Positions 1 to 11,082 of a DNA stretch of 64,000 bases are shown here, one piece after another. Each line of letters opens with the position of its first letter. The first letter of the stretch is position 1. The notes below the pieces were generated by a model. The model had not been told where the DNA came from. It worked only from the letters and a program-made list of their open reading frames with translations, and searched no databases. This DNA is from Cladosporium halotolerans (taxonomy: Eukaryota): assembly GCF_011745625.1 (NCBI RefSeq), contig NW_027191459.1, positions 496,001 to 560,000 on the forward strand, given 5' to 3'. A program made the translations under genes and the position numbers.

Positions 1-486
1 GGTCTTGACCAGGTTCAAGGGTGTCATCGCGATTCCAGTAGCGATGGCTGATACAGCAAGGCAGCCGCCGAGTATGAAGAATTTGGCGTACCAGACAGTA
101 GTACTCATAAAGGCAGCATTCGCCACTGACCCGGCCCAAACGAACAACCCACCCCCGACAACCATTGAAGAAATGAAGAGCGCGTTGTGTGAGGGTGCTG
201 TGTATAGCATCACGGATTGTGCGCGGCCGAGAAGACTCTCCGCGTACTTCTCTGCCTCACTCAATTTAGTCCAGGACGCAGCCTCGGACAAAACGCCTTT
301 CGCGGCCGGGCCAGCCGACGTACGAGCTGAAGGCCGAGAAGCCCGAGGAGGAATAATTTTTGGCGGAGATTTTTTGCTCGTAGGAGGGGCCGGGACTCCT
401 TTGAAGAAAGGAGATGTTCGGGTGAAAGATCGGATCTGTGGCGTTCGACTGCGCAGCAGTCTCAGGAAATTGTGTGGTAACGACAT
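1..486 (-). CDS. Uncharacterised, probably mitochondrial membrane protein; 3' end runs off the window
   Basis: Not in the ORF track. My translation from ATG at 486 stays open to base 1: MSLPHNFLRLLRSRTPQIRSFTRTSPFFKG...SVMLYTAPSHNALFISSMVVGGGLFVWAG...YAKFFILGGCLAVSAIATGIAMTPLNLVKT. The N-terminus is Arg/Ser/Leu-rich and acid-free like a presequence, followed by two hydrophobic segments. Confidence 0.7.
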   Translation of the reverse strand, partial: MSLPHNFLRLLRSRTPQIRSFTRTSPFFKGVPAPPTSKKSPPKIIPPRASRPSARTSAGPAAKGVLSEAASWTKLSEAEKYAESLLGRAQSVMLYTAPSHNALFISSMVVGGGLFVWAGSVANAAFMSTTVWYAKFFILGGCLAVSAIATGIAMTPLNLVKT

Positions 487-666
487 CTTCAGTGGAAGAG
501 CTCAACGAGGAGTGTCAACTGCTCCACAGTATCGCGGGTAAAAGATATATAATGATGGCTTTGATTTGGGCGTCTCGTTGATGGATCTTCAAGTCTTGGG
601 TGTGAGGCGATCACCGCTTCAGCCACACTCGACAGCCACAGTGGCTTGCAAGCGTGAAAGTGCACT

Positions 667-745
667 TCGCGCTTCGTCGCGTCTTCCTCTACACGCTCGC
701 GTTTCCCCCGCGCCACAAGTGCTTGACAACCATCTTCCTCGCGTC
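667..745. promoter_or_regulatory. Cluster of MCB-like CGCG elements in the short bidirectional promoter upstream of PRI2
   Basis: TCGCGT (ACGCGA on the minus strand) occurs at about 677, 697 and 739, with further CGCG cores at about 668 and 709, within 130 bp of the primase ATG. G1/S MBF control of replication genes is established in ascomycetes. Confidence 0.5.
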
Positions 746-796
746 GCCCACACTGGTTCACCAACTATTTGCTTAAACAAGACAGAGAGCAGCACA

Positions 797-2427
797 ATGT
801 TGGCAGCATCGACAGCCTCGCGGATCGACCCAAAAAAGCGTGCAGTCCTCGACCCACGCAAACAGCAATTCGTCAAGTCACAATGGGTCGACCAGACTTA
901 CCCAAATCGCATGAACTTCTACACCATCCCGCCCACAGAGGACATTGCGCTCGAGGATTTCGAAGAATGGGGCATCGCCAGACTGAAGGTCCTCGCTGAG
1001 CTCGAAGCCTGCCAATTCCGCAACAGATCGCCCGCCGAAACAGAGGAGTACATGCGCCCTGTGCTGGAGAAGTGGTTACGGCTCGACAGCAACAAAAGCA
1101 GAAGCCCAGATATGCACTTGCAGAGAAAGAAGGATCACTACTCGCACTGGACCCTCAGACTGGCTTTCGCGAGCACAGCGGACTTGAGGCAGAGGTTCAT
1201 GAGACTGGAGACGCAGCTGTTCAAATTGAGACTGCAGGCGGACAGCGCGGATGAGAGAAGGGATTTCATTAAGAGCTTGCCGATGAGCTGGGAGATGCTC
1301 GATGCAGATGAGAAGGCTACTTGGCTCAGCGAGCTGAGAGCTGCAACCAGTGTGCGAAAGGATGACGAGGAGAACTGGTTCAAGGTCGACTGGGAAAAAG
1401 TACCAGACTTGGTCGAGCGCCGGCAGGTGCTGCTGAAGAAGGGCAAAGCTTACGTCCACGTACGAGAGCAGACAACAATGGTTCTGAACGAGTTCACGCG
1501 TTCGTTGGAATCTGGCTTGGAGCTCGCCGCACGCTTTCTCCCCAGAATGGACGAGGACAACCGCCTTGCGCCCATTCTGCACCACTTGTCGCAGTCATTC
1601 GTGGCACCAGATGCGTCTTACAACGAAAACAACGGTGTCAGCGATATGACGAACATCCACGCTGGCAGCATTGACGGCTTGAGCTCACATTTCCCACTCT
1701 GCATGCAGAACTTGCACCGCGAGCTTCGAAAGAACAGCCACTTGAAGCACCAAAGCAGACTGCAATATACCCTCTTCTTGAAGGGTATCGGACTGAACAT
1801 GCAGGAGTGTATCATCTTCTGGCGAAAGGCTTTCAAGTTAATCACCGATGGTAAGTAGCCGGCACCTCATCTAGGCAAATGAGACAATTGAGCTAACCAA
1901 TGGGCAGAGAAATTCAAGTCAGAATACCTCTACAACGTCCGCCACGCCTACGGTGATGTGGGTGGTGATGCGAACAAGCGCGGACGAGGCTACTCACCTT
2001 TCAGCTGCCAGAAACTGCTCACAGAGCCACTGCCATCTGCCGGGCTCAACCACGGTTGCCCGTACCGGACATACTCGCCAGACAACCTCATCGCCCTTTT
2101 GCAAAATGTCGGCGTAGGCGATCGTGAACTCCTGCGTGCCGTTCGCGAGGACGTTGGAAGGATGCGTTATCATATCGCTTGCAACAGAGTCTTTGAGTCA
2201 ACGCACAAGAACGAGATCAAGAAGGTATGAAAGATGATGTACGTTTGGTGTTGAACATGCGCTGACTGCGACGACAGGTCAAGGACGAAAATCTCTGGAA
2301 TGCCAGCGAGCTTGACACCATCCTGCATCCGAACGAGTACTTCAAACGCAGCTTCCTGCTGAAGAACCTCAGTCTGGCAAGGAGTGGCGACATTGGCGTC
2401 GACGGCCCAAGCCAAGGATCGAACTGA
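797..2427 (+). CDS. PRI2: DNA primase large subunit (p58)
   Basis: Motifs include KDHYSHWTLRLAF, HFPLCM, HLKHQSRLQYTLFLKGIG, YSPFSC, HGCPY, YHIAC and HPNEYF (Fe-S domain cysteines). Exons 797-1850, 1908-2224 and 2278-2427 join in frame through GT..AG introns. Confidence 0.95.
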
Positions 2428-2618
2428 GCATGGGTTCTTGGAGGACTGGAAATTTTGTAATAATTTGCACCAGCGACGGCGTTATGGAAGGGATCGGACT
2501 TGAAACGCATTGGCACTGATGATTTTTGGCTGTGGCCAGGGGTTTGTGTTTGTCCGGCCACAATCGGAAATACTTGATTGAATGTTTACAGGCTTCGACA
2601 GCGAGCCCACAATTTTTC

Positions 2619-4225
2619 CTATCCTTCCACACGCTCGATCTGGCTCTCGTGGCCCTTCTCGCCAAATGTGCCTACATATCCATTCTCCTCAAGGTACTTT
2701 CTAAACTCCTCGTCCTCATCTTTCAGGTCCCGACCTCTCTCAGGAATGAGGAACCACGAAATAAGCGCACCCGTGAGCGCAAATGCAGACCCAATCAGAA
2801 ACACGCCTTGCAACGCCTTGGCTTCCGAAGAAAACGACTCCTGGATAGGCGTAAACACCTCAGTGCCGATAGCTGCGCCCGCTTTTCCAACTGCCGCTGC
2901 GAGGCCGAGGAAATGCCCGCGAATCGGGGTTGGAAAGGACTCGGCGCCGCAAAGGAAGGTCGCCACACCTGGTCCCATCTCACCGAGCGCGTTAAAGATG
3001 CCGTACAGGACGATGAAGAGGGGCAGGATGTTCGAGATTGGGAACACGGCGCCGCCGATGATGAAGCCCATGGTCGACCAGAGGACGAATCCGAGCGTCA
3101 TGGTTTGTCTGCGGCCGATTCGGTCCATCAGCAGGCCCCCGATAAGGCAGCCTGGGAGGTAGAAGGAGTTGATGGCGGTGCCGAAGCCGATTGTTTGGGT
3201 CAGCTTGCCGTCTGGGTTTAGGCCCGAGACGATGGTGGAGCTGAAGATGCCGAAGGGGTAGGTCTGTGTCGCACTCAGCGTCAACATTTGTTCCGGAAGA
3301 AGGGATTAAGAATCCGAGCTTTTCGTCAAAGCACTCACCACAAAGTCATACACGAACCAAGCCATCGATGTACCAACCATGGGCCTCCAATAACGCTTCA
3401 AAATGAGTAGATATGGTATGCGCTCTTTCATGGCATGCTTGGAGTATTGGATGGAGTTGGTCATCCGCAGGCGGAAGAACAGAAGAGAGACAGGAAGCAC
3501 GAGCCCAATGCCAAAGCTTACTCTCCAGACGCCGGCGCCCAAGTTGTGTTGGTATGCAGCGAGGACGATTAGCACGACAATACCTGCGGCCACAAAGCCA
3601 GCGTCGACTGCAAAGCAAGTGGTCATGGCTGACAATATGCCACGTCTGCCGCGGACTTCCTCGCTGTCGTTCGTCGCTTCTGTGGTCGTGGTCGCACAGG
3701 TTGGGTACTCGCCTACGTTGCTGATTAGCGGCACGTCACTGAGATTTCTCGAATTGAGCGCGAACCTCCAGCACCAAACCCTGCTACGCCTCTTCCAATC
3801 ACCATCATCCAGATCATGCCAGAGTTCGACTTGCCGTGCGCAGCAGTAGTCAAGACGATACCAAGGACAAGAAAGACCGTTGCCCAAACGATACCGTTCC
3901 GACGTCCCAGCTTATCGATCGCCCATCCGAAGAACAGCATTCCAAAGATTTCGCCGATAAGGAAGGCATTTGACATCCTGGTCTTCATCCCTGAAGTGTA
4001 CTCGTCGGGATACAGTTCCGCGAGGACTGGATTCATGTATCCCACGACTTGAGCGTTGTAACCGTCGGAGAAGAGGGCAAGGCCCCCGACCACGACCATG
4101 AGGATAGACGACGCCCATGATTTCGTTGTGACGATCCCGTCGTGAGAAGGGCCAGAGTCTTTAGATGTAAGTTTTCTGGGATCTTCGAGATCGTTACCCT
4201 CGACGACCAGGTCAGTCTTGCCCAT
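2619..4225 (-). CDS. MFS permease of the GIT1 (glycerophosphodiester/organophosphate transporter) type
   Basis: N-terminal LALFSDGYN, D(K/R)LGRR loops in both halves, GRGVAGFGAGGEYP, WFVYDFVTYPFGIF, GEMGPG and ESFPTPIRG..LGLAAAVGKAGAAIG. Three exons (about 4225-3766, 3710-3338, 3263-2619) joined by canonical introns. Confidence 0.85.
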
Positions 4226-4402
4226 TGTGCCAACAGCAGGATGGTGGGATTTCAAGATTTGTAGCAAACACAAGGCGGTTACGAAGAAGGGCAAGATTTC
4301 GACGCACACAACTGTGACTGATCGTCGTCTTATCAAGTCACCGTATGACCCCGCCATTGTACAGTAGTCCAACGGTCCGTCGATAGACCTGCATTCGGAC
4401 CA

Positions 4403-4658
4403 CACGTGGTTGACGAAGAATGTTTCATTGTACTCCGTAGCCAATCGATGCCGTTGTAGATTCAACGAGGTGTACAATCAGCAGTACTACAATATGGTTT
4501 AGATTTGGTGGTGGCCCAGTTTTTCCAGGCGCGAAGAGCGATCGCCATGCTGGACCCCACTTCGTTCACTCTCGCGGTGGGGACTCAGCTTCCCACGTGG
4601 AGGTCGCTCTGGAACAATTTGCTGCCCCAGGCTTGCCAGCCAAGCACCACTACACGTG
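4403..4658. promoter_or_regulatory. Three CACGTG boxes (Pho4/NUC-1/PalcA-type bHLH sites) in the divergent permease/dioxygenase promoter
   Basis: CACGTG at 4403-4408 (followed by G), 4594-4599 (context CCCACGTGG) and 4653-4658, within an intergenic region of about 820 bp. Confidence 0.65.
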
Positions 4659-5047
4659 CTTAATGGTGCTTGTCAAGATTGAGCTCATGCCACGACACCA
4701 TCCTACGTTACATGCGCTACTGACAGTGCGTACACTACTTCAGGAAAAGTTTTCCTCCAACAATGCATCGCATCCTCGTATCTGCCGGATAGCTTCATCC
4801 GTCCAAGCATCTAGCTCAAGCAATGGCGTTGCTCTCCCTCACTCACATCCCTTTCATGGCTCAGCATGCCTTGGCGGAACGGCAAATCGCGTGGGCTCAT
4901 ATGGACATGTGTGCTTCCTCGGCGCTTATTGTCAAGCCTTGATATTGCTGCTTACATGACACTCGTCGTCTACTCCTTACATTGAGGTAGTCTATCCTGG
5001 CATCCGGAGAACATCCCGGGATCATTACGCCGTTATATTTGCCCACG

Positions 5048-6017
5048 ATGATCTCACCCGAGCAGAAACGCTTCTTCGAGAACAATGGGTACTTGATCGT
5101 TCGCGACTTCCTGTCCCGTGATGAGATTGACGGTCTGCAATCTTGGGCCCAGGAAGTTCACGATTATGTACCCGACGAGACTTCTGATATCATGCCTTAC
5201 GAGGTAAGGATACTGTGCGAATCATCATTCCGGTCTGACAGTCTACAGGAGATCAACGCAGAGGGCAAGAGAGTCTTGTGCCGCACAGAGAACTTCGCCG
5301 ACGGCCATCAAGGCTTTAACGATCTACTCAATGGCGACAAGCTCCTGGGGCTTTTGGACGCCTTGTCAGGCCAACCCATGCGCTTGTTCAAGGAGAAAAT
5401 AAACTACAAGCTTGCCGGCAGTGGTACGATCTGATCAATGGAGTCAATCCTTCGTGTCTACTGACCAAACCCAGGCGGATTTGCTCCGCATATCGACGCC
5501 GTGGCTTACACTCACATCAAAGACGTCAAGCATCTGACGATTCTACTGAGCGTAGATCCTTCAAACCTTCGAAATGGCGGCTTGGAAGTCGTTGATGCAA
5601 GCCAGAACATGGACATCCCGGTGAACAAAAGCACCAATTGTCTGGAGCAGGATTGGTGCAATCAGCAAACTTGGACGCCTGTGGAACTTGAAGCGGGTAT
5701 GCTATCGATTGATGGAGAAAGTCGTTGGATGACCACTAGCTGATTTGCTCTGTACAGGCCAGCTGCTGATCTTCTCCTCTTACTTGGCCCATCGTAGCGG
5801 AGCAAACACAAGCGACTCTGATCGCAAAGCTATCTATGCGACCTACAACCGTGCAAGTGAGGGCGATCTTCGAAAGGGTTATTACGAGCACCGCAAGGTC
5901 GAATGGCCAGCTACGCACATGCGGAAGCAAGGAGAGAAATACGAGAAGGGAGCGCTGACCTACGGATTTGGGTCGCCAATGCTGAGCATGGATGCTGGGA
6001 AGCAGGTGGTCTTCTGA
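5048..6017 (+). CDS. PhyH-family Fe(II)/2-oxoglutarate dioxygenase, PhnY-like (putative phosphonate C1-hydroxylase)
   Basis: Exons 5048-5203, 5249-5423, 5475-5696 and 5758-6017. The spliced product has FFENNGYLIV, LFKEKINYKLAGSGGFAPHID (HxD), NGGLEVV and LAHRSGANTSDSDRKAIYATYN (distal His plus the 2OG-binding Arg). The KEKINYK..G.GGF.PHxD segment resembles bacterial PhnY. Confidence 0.85.
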
Positions 6018-6243
6018 GATTGAAAAATATGAGTATGCCATTCGTCTTCGAAAGTGATTGCAACAACTTTTTCACATTCTGAATGCTTTGGGAAAATAAT
6101 TGAGCTGGGGTGCTCCCTCGTAACTTGTGTGCCATATACACCAAACCAATAGCATCTTATCGATCATGAAAGTTGCAAATCTCGAATCCCTGATTCCCAC
6201 TAACGAATGCGTCGACCCAGTGCTGTTGATCATCCCGTGGAGC

Positions 6244-6347
6244 CACGTTACATTACTGCAGGGACGATGATCCGGCGATTGCCCCACTGCTGTTGAACTC
6301 AGCCGGAGTCTACAGTGACCCATCACAGATCTTCAGCTGTCCACGTG
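6244..6347 (+). promoter_or_regulatory. Pho4-type boxes upstream of the HD oxygenase gene
   Basis: CACGTT at 6244-6249 and CACGTG at 6342-6347, about 250-350 bp upstream of ATG 6599. Confidence 0.5.
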
Positions 6348-6598
6348 TGTCTATATTAGCTTACTCAACCATCCCTTCTCGTGTCTTGGGCATGTACTTG
6401 TCCTTTGCAGGAAGATCAAACTTCAAGCTGCATCGCAAGTCGACACTTGGACCTCGGCGTCTCTCAACGATCAACTTCTAGAGAGACCTATGAATGCAAC
6501 TGATCAGAGTATCGGTAGTGATCGGGAGCACTTGACCAAGACTCAGCTGTCACCACAAACCGTCCTTCAAGACTCTTGAGCCAACGTCGAGGCAAAAG

Positions 6599-7225
6599 AT
6601 GACGATACCGCAGGACCTGACCCCCCAGTCAGTGGCCGACTATGTAATAGACGTGCTCAAATCATCTGAAAATACACCATACATCGGCGAACCAATCTCG
6701 CAGCTCCAACACTCTTTGCAATGCGCCGCCCTCGCCGCAGATGCTTCAGCCGACGAAGCAACGCAAGTTGCCGCTTTACTGCACGACCTTGGCCAATTCG
6801 CACCTGCGGACGACATCAAGACCGTCTTAAAAGAACATACTCGCAATCTGAACGGGCAGTCAAATAGCGAGAGTGTTGGGAGAGTCGGCCATGAAATGCT
6901 CGCACAGAAACTGCTCGCTGCCCTTGGCTTCTCGGAGAAGATCACGACGCTCGTCGAGTCGCATGTTGCCTCGAAGAGGTACTTGTGTGCCGTGGACGAG
7001 GCGTATTACGGCAAGCTGTCGGAGGCTAGTAAGAAGAGTCTGATGTATCAGGGCGGACCTTTGCGAGGTGCTGAGATGGAGAAGTTTGCTGCAAACAAAT
7101 TGTGCAAGGAGATGTGCCAGCTGAGGGTTTGGGATGATGAGGCCAAGGTAGAAGGCTTGGTTGTTCGAGATGTAGAGAGCTGGCGGCCTGCGATTGAGCG
7201 ACAGCTTGAGGAAAGCATGGCTTGA
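6599..7225 (+). CDS. HD-domain diiron oxygenase, PhnZ-like (oxidative C-P bond cleavage)
   Basis: Intronless 208 aa with the full PhnZ pattern: YIGEPISQLQHSLQCA, AALLHDLG, GHE, VESHVASKRYL, YYGKLSEASKKSL..QGGP and LRVWDDEAK. Confidence 0.88.
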   Translation: MTIPQDLTPQSVADYVIDVLKSSENTPYIGEPISQLQHSLQCAALAADASADEATQVAALLHDLGQFAPADDIKTVLKEHTRNLNGQSNSESVGRVGHEMLAQKLLAALGFSEKITTLVESHVASKRYLCAVDEAYYGKLSEASKKSLMYQGGPLRGAEMEKFAANKLCKEMCQLRVWDDEAKVEGLVVRDVESWRPAIERQLEESMA

Positions 7226-7664
7226 GTCAGTTATCGGCTTGATTGCGTGGTGATGGTTATACCAGTGCATGGAAGAAACAGGTTTCTGCTCGTCTGGAGC
7301 CATTACTGTGGGAACAAGAAGAGTAAACGTTACTCGCTACTCTGCTCTTCAAACGACCGCCACCAAAGAACACGATCCTCGAAAATAGTATCTGGAAGCA
7401 TGCATTTGCAAAAGGAGCTGCCGTGAGGCTTCAAAGTGAGGCCCTTCGTTCATGCAAGATGGTGTCCGAATTCTCTTCATCAAATCCTTGATTTGCACGG
7501 TTCATTTATCTATTAATTGGGCATTATGATGTTTTTGTTGATGATTGCTGCTTTCATCGTTTAAAAAGCGAGACAAGAGGGGTAAATCATGAGCATGTAA
7601 GACGAGCGCCCAGAGGTCCATCTTCATTGGCACCGTTACCGAATCGAGTTGAACTTTCTCTTCC

Positions 7665-10259
7665 TCAAAGCCAAGCGCTACCAATTAGAAGGGCCAGCGT
7701 GTAGAGAATCACGAAACCTCCGCGCCAATATCTCCAGCTCCCAAGCTTGGTTCTGTGTATACGCTTCGACGATTGCTTGGGGTAGGCAACACCTGATTTC
7801 GGGTCTCTATCCAGAAGTTCTTCGCGGTCCGGTACAGTCGGAGGGCATATGGCGTATGCCTGTGGGCAAAGCTGATCAGCAAATATCTTAATATAATTAT
7901 CTCTGCTGGGGGAACTTACAAAAGGGGTCATCGCCGATGCAGTGGCCTGCAACCAGAACAAAGGCGGCCATCCCAGACGTGTGATTAGATAAACGAGCTT
8001 ATCGTGGGTGGAATTTGCTGCGCCGATGATGTAGGCACTGCGTATCGTTTCCATACCGTCTGGTAAGAAGCAGCGGAGGAAGGTGAGTACCACACCTGCC
8101 ACAATTGCCAGAATGAATAATAGGTGCACCCATGCCAGCTGATGAAAAATGATAATCCAAAGACGACGAGGCAAAGATGCTCTCTTCTCTTTCGACCGCT
8201 CATCCATTGCGGAAGCAATACTGCCAGTGGAAGTGAAGCCTGTCTTTCGGCCACCGAGCTTTGTAGGTAAGATGAATGATCGAACGTATGCAATAAGCAC
8301 GTCTGCGGCATTGTCAGTCTCCTTCTCCGGGCAGACTAATAATTAGCGCCAATAACTCACATGGTGATATAAATTGTTCCAGATCAGTGTCGTAGGAGGG
8401 CAATCGGACGTCGAACTGATCATTGACACGGCGAGCGATCACTGCCAAGAGGACCTGATGAGACCATCGACACAGCATGTGGACCGAGACCAGACGGATG
8501 AGGATCTTGAGCTGCCCCATGTCGGACCAGAGAACGAAAGGGTAGCCGGCAAGCATTGTGAAAGGCAGAGCCAGATAGACCAAGCCCAATGGAGCCTGAA
8601 TAAGGTGCTTCAAATCGAAGCTGATCCCAACAAGCCGCTGCCGCCAGTTGAGATGCCTTCCTATCTCACCAAAGAGACGGAGCTTGAACATCATCGCTGT
8701 CTGCACATGTCCCACAAACTTGAAAGTGTTAGCTCCGGCGACTTAACTGCAAAAAGTGCCGTGTGGACTCACCCATCGCGTGCGCTGCTTCACATGTGCG
8801 TTGTAAGATTCTGGTACAGAACCGTGCTGCAAAGCTTCTGGGATAAAGCAAGTCTTCCACCCAGCCCCCAATAGCTTGGCTGAACAGCAGACGTCTTCGG
8901 ACAATGATTCCACAGGGAACCCACCGATTTCCTCTAAAGCCGCACGACGCATGACATAGCCAGAGCCTAGACAGTCCGAGTGCCCTAAAGAGTCGTGTAC
9001 TAGCTCGGTAACTCCGCTGAACTGGTGCATTGTCTGGATGAGAGGATCGTTAGGCGGGCAATCGTAGAAAGTCTGATAGAGAGATCAAAGTTGTCAGCAG
9101 CAGTACTTCTTGATGCTTCGCCTTCGGAGGCTTTGCTCTTCATACCTGTGGAGGGCAAGCCATAGCCATCTTGTCATCGTTCACAAGATGGGGCAACAAA
9201 GCCCGCAATAGGTGGGGCTCCGGGATCATGTCAGCATCTATGCCAACTACGAATTGCGAGCCAGTCCAAATGTTGTTCCAAACCACTGGACTGCCTTCGA
9301 GCTCGTAAATGGTCGGGGATAGAGACTTGGCGATAGGTTTCGGCATCTCGTCCAAGTCTGGACTGGTGCCCACCAGTGTTGCAGCCGAAGATTTCTTGGA
9401 TGGGTAATTGGAGCTGAGTTCTTCTCTAGAACAGCTAAACTCTTTGTGCCATGCCGGGTTTGCTAGAGCTTTTGAGAAGCGAAGCCCATGGTTGAGGTTG
9501 CCCGCTTTGTAGTCTTTGACGGGAGGTTTGTCTCGTGCGGTGTATATCAACTGCGGGCTAGTGATGTCTAGAGCTGTGACAGCGGCACGGAGCTCTTCAG
9601 ATCCAGCATCGTCGCTCAAGAACACCCGATACCTCTCGACTGGGTAATCAAGATTGCAAGCTGCTTTAACGGTGTCCAGTAGTACATCGATATCCTCGCC
9701 ACAGCAAGTGATGATCACGTCGACTGTTGGTACATCTTCCGGCCGTGTCCATGACAAGCGAAGTTGCGGTCGGTTTGGTCGATGAAATGCAATGCTTCGA
9801 AGTAGCACTGGCAGCTGAGTAGGCGCTGGGGAGAAGGTGGCGTCAGTGGGTGTTCGTTGCTCTGCTTTGGGTCACTACGAACCAAAGATGAGGAATTCAA
9901 TGGCGACAAAGAACCAGGCAAGTCCCAAGGCATTAGAAGGCTCTATCGTCTCCTGTGCAATGACAAGACAGTAGATGCGGTAGGCAAAATACGCGGTGAA
10001 CGTTAAGACGCTTAGAATGGCCGTTGGAGGCATTAGCCTCCATGCTTGAACGTCGAGCTGCATGTATGCTGTGAAGATGCCGTTTGAGGGTTGCAGAACG
10101 CCTGGAAAGTGTCTACCAGGAATGTGGCGGGGCACATGAGGGCATATACATACAAAACTGTTGAGCATCATCGATCGACGACTCCATGTCTCTAAGGTGC
10201 CAACTCTTCGACGTTTCACCCAGGCAAAGCCGACCCGAAGGTCTCCGGACGCCTTCCAT
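7665..10259 (-). CDS. Processive GT2 glycosyltransferase, cellulose-synthase-like (BcsA/CelA type), multi-pass membrane protein
   Basis: PTVDVIITCCGED, LSDDAG, YKAGNLNHGL, GIDADMIP, GSGYVMRR, LSEDV and QRTRW give the D,D,D,QxxRW signature, plus a GFTSTG motif and several TM segments. The four downstream introns restore the frame. The first exon and ATG 10259 are tentative; an alternative start lies near 10063. Confidence 0.85.
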
Positions 10260-11082
10260 GGTCTACTCGCTCTAGGACACGGCGCGGCTACAACTAGGTT
10301 GCGAAGATTGCTTTACATGATGCTTTGTGCTGGAATTGGTTTCGTGGCAACACTCTTTCCACAATTCCATGAATGGTTTTGGCATTAGCAGTCTGACTTG
10401 GGGCTCGACTCGGTATCCTTGGGCCACAAGGACAGCATCGTATAGACACATCCATTGTTGTTACACTACGGCCTTTTCTGTCGTATGCTCGATGCCAACG
10501 ATGAGCCGCTTCACGATGACTTGTTATCCTTGATCCGGGCACCATTTCTATTGAAAATTTCAAAATCCCCATGCCCGCAATATACATGTCCGACTCATGT
10601 CTTTGCATTCGCGAAAGTTGGGTCGGTCTTAGAATGTGAGACTAGTGACCGGTCCCCATGGCGAAGGAGGTTGGGGTTGGGGTGTCACGGAGACGGGAGT
10701 CGTTGGACCCTGAGCATCGCTCGGGGATCGCGGGATTGCCTAAACGAGTCAAGCACCCAATGCCACTGTATGTCTATAGAAGGTACTATTCTTTGCAACC
10801 GCATATTCGGGAGCACTGTACTCTCATGTCGCAACTCAAGGACTGAAAGGCATACGGATGAAGACTCTCCAACTGCCGGTCAGCTGAGATGTAGATGTTC
10901 CGCCCAGCCGCTCAGCGACAGGCCATGCTCTCATCAAAACGCGGCCTCCTTGATTGTTATCCTCCGGCCTGTTTGGCGAGTTCACGCCGTGATTAGGCAT
11001 AGCAGCTTGTCGACACGACCGATACTGCGACCGTGCTCCGTCTGACGCCTTCACCACGGCGCCCTTTCGACGCCGCCTAACA

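Noticed and set aside
5204..5248. ORF-track read-through VRILCESSFRSDSLQ in the dioxygenase
   Set aside because: It is a 45-nt stop-free intron (GTAAGG...CTGAC...CAG), and nothing suggests regulated retention.
5048..7225. A single spliced PhnY-PhnZ fusion gene
   Set aside because: The dioxygenase ends at a clean stop (6017) followed by AT-rich sequence, and the HD gene has its own ATG and upstream CACGT(G/T) boxes. I found no convincing splice path, though cDNA would be decisive.
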